From assembly GCA_022844165.1 (NCBI GenBank), contig JALHMH010000018.1, positions 1 to 64,000 of the forward strand: 64,000 bases of DNA, in the 5' to 3' direction. The first letter of the stretch is position 1. The number at the start of each line of letters is the position of its first letter. Positions 57,563 through 64,000 of the stretch are shown piece by piece. The notes under the pieces are model-generated. The model worked only from the letters and a program-made list of their open reading frames with translations, had not been told where the DNA came from and did no database searches. This stretch comes from Lysobacterales bacterium (GTDB lineage: Bacteria; Pseudomonadota; Gammaproteobacteria; Xanthomonadales; SZUA-5). Made by a program: the position numbers and the translations under genes.

Positions 57563-58522
57563 TCAACGCGCTACGCTGGCCGCTTTGGCTGCCAGAAATT
57601 CGCACAGTTGTTCTGCGTTTGCCTGTGTCTTTCGTGTCAGCGAAAACGCGTGTTCGGCATCGAGTACCCGATCCAGCCAAATGCCGCCCTCGGCACTCAA
57701 CGCCGGCCGCGTTGAGCCCAACCATAACGCGGTATCGCCGCCCTCTTCGGCGCTGCGCAGGTGGCTGCGCAGCACTGCGCGAAAAGCGGGCAGAGCCGTT
57801 CGCACACCCGCGGTATCGACCCAGCCGGGATGCATCACATAGGCGCGCGGTTGCCCTGACCAGCGCTGATTCCATGCCCGAGTCAGTTCAACTTGAGCGC
57901 GCTTGTGAAGGGCATACGCGGCCATACCGTCGTGCGCAATGGCAGTGGTTGCGCACATCTCCTCAAGCTTGAGCGGCGCGCCATACATGCCACCGGAACT
58001 CATGTTGATCACCGCGGCGCCGTTCGCGAACCGGTGTGCAGCGAGAAGATCCTCGGTGAGAACGAAGTGGCTTAGCAGGTTCGTCACGAATGAGGTTTCC
58101 ATACCCTCGGTCGTCAACTCGAATCGGTCCAATAACAAACCAACATTGTTCACCAATACGTCGACGCGCTCACCGCGTTCGACCAGGCCTCGAACCAGGC
58201 GCCGGGTATCGGCAACGCTGGAGAAATCCACCTTGAGTGGCACGATTGCATTGTTCTCGCCCGCTTCTTGCGCGCACGTACGAACCAGATCCGCCAGCTT
58301 GCTTTCGCTACGTGCCGCCGCGAGCACTCGCGCCCCGCGTGTATGGGCGGCGTGCGCAATGGCGGCGCCAATGCCGCCACTGGCGCCGGTGACCAACCAT
58401 GTTTGACCGTCAAGCCGCTCCGGATATGCCTGCCAGGAGCGCTGGCGATCGCGCAATCCCACGCGACTGAACCGTGTGAAAAAACGCGCGTAGAAGAAGA
58501 GACTGGCAATCGCTCTGAGCAC
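57563..58522 (-). CDS. Short-chain dehydrogenase/reductase (DHRS12-like)
   Basis: TGASGGIG, LVNNVG, MSSGGMY, YALHK, MHPGWVDT. Confidence 0.92.
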   Translation of the reverse strand: MLRAIASLFFYARFFTRFSRVGLRDRQRSWQAYPERLDGQTWLVTGASGGIGAAIAHAAHTRGARVLAAARSESKLADLVRTCAQEAGENNAIVPLKVDFSSVADTRRLVRGLVERGERVDVLVNNVGLLLDRFELTTEGMETSFVTNLLSHFVLTEDLLAAHRFANGAAVINMSSGGMYGAPLKLEEMCATTAIAHDGMAAYALHKRAQVELTRAWNQRWSGQPRAYVMHPGWVDTAGVRTALPAFRAVLRSHLRSAEEGGDTALWLGSTRPALSAEGGIWLDRVLDAEHAFSLTRKTQANAEQLCEFLAAKAASVAR

Positions 58523-58620
58523 GGTCCACGCCTTTGATCACGGTGCGAGCATTAGAGGGCCAAAAGGTGTGAGAACTGCGTGACGTGCGCGACAACACGA
58601 TGCAGATTCGGCGTGTCGGA

Positions 58621-60540
58621 TCAGGCCCTGGCATCTTCGTTGTGAGTGGCGAAAAATGCCTCTACGTCCGCGAGTACGCGCGTGCGCCGAAACGCTGGTA
58701 GCGCGGCGATAAACTCGCGGCCGTAGGATTTGCTGACAAGGCGCGGGTCGCACAACATCAGCACACCGCGATCGCGGCTGCTGCGGATCAGGCGTCCGGC
58801 ACCCTGCTTGAGCGCCAGCACGGCCGATGGCAACTGGTAGTCGCGAAACGGATTGCCGCCGCTCTGCCGAATCGCATCCAGGCGCGCTTCCATGACTGGA
58901 TCGCCCAATTGCGCGAACGGGAGTTTGTCGATCACCACCACGCTAAGTGCGTCGCCGGGCACATCGACACCCTCCCAAAAGCTGGCCGCACCGAGCAGTA
59001 CGCCATTGCCGCTGGCGAGGAAATCGGCCAGCAGGGCGGGGCGCGGGCGCTCTCCTTGCACAAAGAGCGGAAATGGCGACGTCAGGCGCAGGATCTCGGC
59101 CGCCTCACGCAGTGCGCGATGCGAAGTGAACAACAAAAATGCGCGGCCACCGCTGGCGCGCAAAACGGGCATCGCGGCGGCAACCACACCTTCGACATAA
59201 CGGTCGGTGTTCGGTTCGGGCATTCCGGCAGGCTGGTAGAGCAGCGCCTGATTCGGATAGTCGAACGGGCTATCGAGACACAGTGTCTGCGCGCGGTCGA
59301 GCCCGGTGCTCTGTTGGAACAAATCGAACCGGCCGGATACGGCCAGCGTGGCTGAGGTGGCGATCCACGCGGCATGTGTGGAGTCGCGATACGACTTGAG
59401 CGGCTCGGCGGCGTCCAGCGGCGTTGCGTGCAAAGCAAAGCCGCGCTGGAACAATTCGTACCAGCACACTTCTCCATCCTGGCGCTGGGCGACGCGTTCC
59501 AAACGCAGCGCGACGTCGGCGGCGCGAGCCGCGCAACTCTGCAAACCAGTGCTGCGCTCGGCCTGCTCGCCCAACGCGCCGGACAGCCCGGCGATCGCGT
59601 TTTGCAGGCGCTCGTGCGTGGCAATCACTTCGCCACTCTCTGCAGCGTGCCACCAGGGGCCTTTGATCGGCAAAGGATCGAGTGCCAGTCGAAACTCGCG
59701 TAGTCGCTGCTGCGTCTCGTCGACGGGTGGTTGCAGCAACGCCAAGGCGCCCTGTTGCTGGGACGCTTCGTTCAGCGCATCGCGCGTCAGCTCAACGATC
59801 TGCCGGTAACTGATGGACGTAGTGAAGAAAGTACTCGCGACGTCGCCGATCTGGTGCGCCTCGTCGAGAATGAAGGCCTCCGCGCCGGGGAGGATTTCGC
59901 CAAAGCCCTCGCGCTTCAGGGCCAGATCGGCGAACAACAAATGGTGATTGACAATAACGAGGTCGGACTCCTGAGCTTTGCGCCTGGCCTTGACGACGAA
60001 GCACTCGGCATATCGCGGGCAATCTTGCCCCAGACAGTTGTCGGCACTCGATGTCACCCATGGCCAGATGCTCGAGTCCTCGGGCACACGATCCAGCTCC
60101 ATCCGATCGCCCTCGCGAGTGATTCGCGCCCACGCCCTCACCTCCGCCAGCTCTTTCACCGCGTCTTTGCTGGCGAGCCGTGCCTGCTCTTCAGACAGAT
60201 CCAGGCGATGCAGGCACAGGTAGTTGGCGCGACCCTTCAGCAGCGCCTTTTTTGGAGTGATCTGCAAGGTCTTGCACACGCGTGGCAGATCGCGATGGAA
60301 CAGCTGATCTTGCAGCGTCTTGGTGCCCGTCGAGACGATGATGCGCATGCCGGCGAGCAGCGCCGGTACCAGATAGGCGAAGGTCTTGCCCGTGCCTGTG
60401 CCTGCCTCCACGAGCAGCGTCGAGCGTTCGATCAACGCGCGTTCCACGGCTTGGGCCATCGCCAATTGTTGCTCGCGCGGCGTAAACAGCGGATCGGCGC
60501 TGAACGGCCCATCGGCGCCAAGCGCGTTGGTGGCAGACAT
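58621..60540 (-). CDS. yoaA: DinG-family ATP-dependent DNA helicase (YoaA-like)
   Basis: EAGTGTGKT, KGRANYLC and Fe-S Cys residues, DEAH, SATL, FWEGVDV, QGAGRLIR. Confidence 0.9.
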   Translation of the reverse strand: MSATNALGADGPFSADPLFTPREQQLAMAQAVERALIERSTLLVEAGTGTGKTFAYLVPALLAGMRIIVSTGTKTLQDQLFHRDLPRVCKTLQITPKKALLKGRANYLCLHRLDLSEEQARLASKDAVKELAEVRAWARITREGDRMELDRVPEDSSIWPWVTSSADNCLGQDCPRYAECFVVKARRKAQESDLVIVNHHLLFADLALKREGFGEILPGAEAFILDEAHQIGDVASTFFTTSISYRQIVELTRDALNEASQQQGALALLQPPVDETQQRLREFRLALDPLPIKGPWWHAAESGEVIATHERLQNAIAGLSGALGEQAERSTGLQSCAARAADVALRLERVAQRQDGEVCWYELFQRGFALHATPLDAAEPLKSYRDSTHAAWIATSATLAVSGRFDLFQQSTGLDRAQTLCLDSPFDYPNQALLYQPAGMPEPNTDRYVEGVVAAAMPVLRASGGRAFLLFTSHRALREAAEILRLTSPFPLFVQGERPRPALLADFLASGNGVLLGAASFWEGVDVPGDALSVVVIDKLPFAQLGDPVMEARLDAIRQSGGNPFRDYQLPSAVLALKQGAGRLIRSSRDRGVLMLCDPRLVSKSYGREFIAALPAFRRTRVLADVEAFFATHNEDARA

Positions 60541-60592
60541 CCAGCATTCCCAGGCGATATAAGATTCCCGGAAGTCTATCGGGATCGCTCAC

Positions 60593-61615
60593 GTGTCGCT
60601 GTACTCCCTCGCCAAACCGCTGCTTTTCGCCCTTGATGCCGAGCGCGCGCATGATTTGGGCTTACTTAGCATCGAACTGGCCTGGCGTGCTGGCTTGAAT
60701 CCGCTGCTGGCGGTCAAACCCAAGACCCTGCCCACGCGGGTATTCGGCATCGAGTTTCCGAATCCCGTCGGACTGGCGGCCGGCCTGGACAAGAACGGCG
60801 CGCATATCGACGCGTTGGCGAGCCTGGGCTTCGGCTTTATCGAAGTCGGCACGATCACACCCAGGGCGCAATCCGGCAATCCCAAGCCACGCATGTTCCG
60901 GTTGCCCGAGCAGCGCGCGGTGATCAACCGGCTGGGATTCAACAACGGCGGCATTGAGGCTTTGGCAAAGAACCTCGAATGCACGCGCTTTGGTGGCGTG
61001 CTCGGGATCAACATTGGCAAGAACAAGGACACGCCGAACGAGCGCGCCGTCGACGACTATGTGTACTGCCTTGAGCGCGTGTATGCGCGCGCCAGCTACA
61101 TCACAGTCAATATCTCATCGCCGAACACACAGGGTTTACGCGATTTGCAGCATGAGGACGCGCTGAAGGCATTGATCGGTACTCTGCGCGAGACGCAGGA
61201 GCGCCTCGGTGCGCTGCATGGGCGCAAGCCAATGTTGCTCAAAGTCGCGCCGGATTTAACCGATGCGGAACTGGATTCGATGGCTGCCGTGTTGCTGTCG
61301 AGCGCCATCGATGGCGTTATCTGCGGCAACACCACCATTGATCGCGCCTCGATTGCCGGACATCCGCTCGCGCGCGAGATCGGCGGCCTGTCTGGCGCAC
61401 CGCTGATGGCCAAAGCCACCGCGACTCTGCGCGGCATGGCCGCGCGCGTGGGCGGCAAGCTGCCGATCATTGGCGTCGGCGGCATTCTATCCGGGCGCGA
61501 TGCGACGGAAAAAGTTGCCGCTGGCGCGTCACTGGTGCAGTTCTATACCGGCCTCATCTATCGCGGGCCGGCGTTGATCGTCGAGTGCGTCGAGGCGATT
61601 CGTGCGCGTCGTTGA
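60593..61615 (+). CDS. pyrD: Quinone-dependent dihydroorotate dehydrogenase
   Basis: [41 protein letters not shown]. Confidence 0.97.
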   Translation: MSLYSLAKPLLFALDAERAHDLGLLSIELAWRAGLNPLLAVKPKTLPTRVFGIEFPNPVGLAAGLDKNGAHIDALASLGFGFIEVGTITPRAQSGNPKPRMFRLPEQRAVINRLGFNNGGIEALAKNLECTRFGGVLGINIGKNKDTPNERAVDDYVYCLERVYARASYITVNISSPNTQGLRDLQHEDALKALIGTLRETQERLGALHGRKPMLLKVAPDLTDAELDSMAAVLLSSAIDGVICGNTTIDRASIAGHPLAREIGGLSGAPLMAKATATLRGMAARVGGKLPIIGVGGILSGRDATEKVAAGASLVQFYTGLIYRGPALIVECVEAIRARR

Positions 61616-62603
61616 GCAGGCACCCCTGCGGGCGCTGAATTCCTTTGGCGTCGATGCCCGGGCGCGCTTCCTGGTGCGCGCCAATTGCTCCGATGAATTG
61701 CTCGCCGCGCAGGATTTCGCGGCCGCCAGATCGCTACCGCTGGTAGTGCTGGGCGGTGGCAGCAATATCGTCATCGCGCGCGACCTTGAGGTGGTAGTGC
61801 TGACGCCAGATCTGCGCGGCATCGACGTCGAGCGCGGCGGTGATTCGATAGTGATCGAGGCCGCCGCGGGCGAAAACTGGGCGGAGTTTGTGCAACGCTC
61901 GGTGGACATTGGCGCGTGCGGTCTGGAGAACCTGGCGGCGATTCCGGGTTCCGTGGGTGCCGCGCCCATTCAGAATATCGGCGCGTACGGCGTAGAACTC
62001 GAGCGCTTCGTCGAGCAAGTTGAAATTCTCGATCTGAGGACGCACGAACAGAAGCATCTGAGCCGGGCGGATTGCGAGTTTGGCTATCGCGATAGCCGCT
62101 TCAAGCGAGAGCCGAACGAAATCGTGACACGCCTGCGCCTGCGCCTGCCGACCCAGGCTGACCTCACCATCGACTATCCCGGTGTACGCGAAGAACTGGC
62201 CGCGATGGGTGCGCTACCATCGCCGCGCACCGTACACGATGCGATCACCGCCATCCGCTGGCGCAAATTGCCGCGCCCGGAGGTGCTCGGCAATGCTGGC
62301 AGCTTCTTCAAAAATCCGATCCTGGACGCGGCACAAAAAGACGCGCTTCTAGGCTTGGCGCTGGCTCCGATCTATCCACACGCAAGCGCATTCAAGGCAT
62401 CGGCCGCGTGGCTCATCGATGCCTGCGGTCTCAAGGGATTCGTACTCGGGCGAGCCGCAGTCCATCGCGAACACGCCTTGGTCATCGTCAACCTGGGCGG
62501 TGCGAGCGGAGCGGAAATCCTCGCGCTCGCAGCGCACATCCAAACGCGGGTGTTCGAACGATTTGGTATCACACTGGAGGTGGAGCCGCGGGTGCTCCAG
62601 TGA
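61602..62603 (+). CDS. murB: UDP-N-acetylmuramate dehydrogenase
   Basis: [50 protein letters not shown]. Confidence 0.96.
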   Translation: MRVVEQAPLRALNSFGVDARARFLVRANCSDELLAAQDFAAARSLPLVVLGGGSNIVIARDLEVVVLTPDLRGIDVERGGDSIVIEAAAGENWAEFVQRSVDIGACGLENLAAIPGSVGAAPIQNIGAYGVELERFVEQVEILDLRTHEQKHLSRADCEFGYRDSRFKREPNEIVTRLRLRLPTQADLTIDYPGVREELAAMGALPSPRTVHDAITAIRWRKLPRPEVLGNAGSFFKNPILDAAQKDALLGLALAPIYPHASAFKASAAWLIDACGLKGFVLGRAAVHREHALVIVNLGGASGAEILALAAHIQTRVFERFGITLEVEPRVLQ

Positions 62604-62606
62604 GCG

Positions 62607-63539
62607 CTAATCGGGAAGGCGATGGCAACGCATCATCGCACGCACATGCGCCACCGAGCTTTCGCGCAAAGCGGCAAGCGAATAGCCACCTTCGAGCGTC
62701 GAGACGATGCGGCCGTGCGCGTGGCGCTCGGCCAGGCGAACCAATTCAGTCGTGATCCATGCAAAGTCGGCAGCATCGAGATTCAGATCCGCCAGCGGAT
62801 CGAGTCGGTGCGCATCGAAGCCGGCGGAAATGATGATCAGCTCCGGTGCGAACGCGTCAACCGCCGGCAGCAAGGTGCTCGACCAAAGCGCACAAAATGC
62901 GTCCGAGCCGCTACCCGGTCTGAGCTCACCGTTGACGATATTGCCGACGCCACGTTCGCTGGCCCGCCCGGTGCCGGGATACAACGGCGACTGGTGCGAG
63001 GACACAAATTGCACGCGCGGTTCGTTCTCGAAAATGTCCTGTGTCCCGTTGCCATGATGTACATCGAAGTCGACGATGCTGATGCGTGCACAGCCGTGTG
63101 CTGCGAGCGCATGATGCGCCGCCACAGCGACATGATTGAACAGGCAAAATCCCATCGCTTCGTTGCCAGTGCTGTGATGTCCCGGTGGACGGACGGCGCA
63201 AAAACCGCGCTCGTTGCGCAGGACAGCAGCATCGACGGCTGCACACAATGCACCACTCGCGCGATAGCTCGCTTCCAGCGAGGCCGGGGACATCACCGTG
63301 TCGGCATCGACTCGAATCAGGCCGTGAGCGGGTGCGTTGCGTTTCAGCAGATCGATGAAGGCAGGAACGTGCGCGCGACCCACCTGCGCCTCGTCGCCGA
63401 GCGGCGCCTCACACCACGTCAGAGCATCGGCAAACTCCGTGCGGAGCGCGTCGAGTATCGCCGCAAGGCGTCCGGCGTGTTCCGGATGACCGGCGCCGGT
63501 GTCGTGATCGAGACAACGCTGATGCGTGTAGATGTTCAT
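62607..63539 (-). CDS. Histone deacetylase family protein
   Basis: HPE, RPPGHH, GFCLFN, DFDVHHGNGT, SAGFDAH, LEGGY. Confidence 0.95.
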   Translation of the reverse strand: MNIYTHQRCLDHDTGAGHPEHAGRLAAILDALRTEFADALTWCEAPLGDEAQVGRAHVPAFIDLLKRNAPAHGLIRVDADTVMSPASLEASYRASGALCAAVDAAVLRNERGFCAVRPPGHHSTGNEAMGFCLFNHVAVAAHHALAAHGCARISIVDFDVHHGNGTQDIFENEPRVQFVSSHQSPLYPGTGRASERGVGNIVNGELRPGSGSDAFCALWSSTLLPAVDAFAPELIIISAGFDAHRLDPLADLNLDAADFAWITTELVRLAERHAHGRIVSTLEGGYSLAALRESSVAHVRAMMRCHRLPD

Positions 63540-64000
63540 CGTCGCGATACGCTCAGGGCACGTTTCAGCCAGCGCGCCCGCTGCGCACGGCCCACGACCG
63601 CGGCGACCAGGTGTTTTGGCCGCAACGGTTTTTTCAGGAAGTCATCGCCGCCAGCGGTGAGCGTTTCGAAACGCCGTTCCTGGTCGTCGTCGCCGGAGAT
63701 GAGTATGACGGGTGTGAATGCCGTTTTCGGATGCGCGCGAAACAAACTCAGCAATTCGAGCCCGTTCAAGTTCGGCATGTGCAAATCGAGCAAAATGACG
63801 TCGGGATCGAAACTCTCGATGGCCTCGAGCGCACGGGTCGGGTCATGGACAACGCGCGTTGCCATGCCGGAGCGTCTCAACACCGACTCGACTACCATCG
63901 TCATCGACAGATCATCGTCGACGAACAGCGCGCGGTACGGATCGAGTCGGTCGGCGAGCGTAGCGACGATTTCGCGGGCGAGCTGGTCGACGTCGGCGGG
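63536..64000 (-). CDS. Response regulator receiver protein (5' end outside window)
   Basis: ALFVDDD upstream, ILLDLHMP, ISG, DFLKKP; overlaps the deacetylase start by 4 bp. Confidence 0.85.
   Translation of the reverse strand, partial: PADVDQLAREIVATLADRLDPYRALFVDDDLSMTMVVESVLRRSGMATRVVHDPTRALEAIESFDPDVILLDLHMPNLNGLELLSLFRAHPKTAFTPVILISGDDDQERRFETLTAGGDDFLKKPLRPKHLVAAVVGRAQRARWLKRALSVSRR

Overview
High-GC bacterial chromosomal window, probably Xanthomonadales/Lysobacterales-like. That assignment is inferred from gene content and order (tRNA cluster-tig-clpP, pyrD-murB, sufT, aceB-aceA). Core genes are aceBA, mnmE, clpP, tig, six tRNAs, polA, sufT, ppa, a DinG/YoaA helicase, pyrD and murB. 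They are interleaved with many large signal-peptide proteins. The main unexplained signal is that six otherwise unrelated exported proteins end in the same C-terminal heptapeptide, [IVLM]-F-A-[ND]-[GN]-F-E-stop, written with different synonymous codons. This suggests a C-terminal sorting or surface-attachment tag. One tagged protein is a 90-aa polypeptide of three SSASY repeats, encoded just upstream of an untagged, signal-peptide-bearing fibre protein with an S74-like chaperone domain, which makes a candidate adaptor-plus-fibre surface appendage. Other notable items: a tagged hydrazine-synthase-alpha-like CxxCH protein, a tagged lipoprotein frameshifted at a homopolymer, a secreted protein with an Sm/Hfq-like pattern, a repeat element starting at stop codons (one tandem pair and one partial copy), a vapBC pair and tandem paralogous genes. 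No CRISPR array, rRNA, integrase or transposase was recognised. All family calls come from motifs read by eye; no database searches were run.
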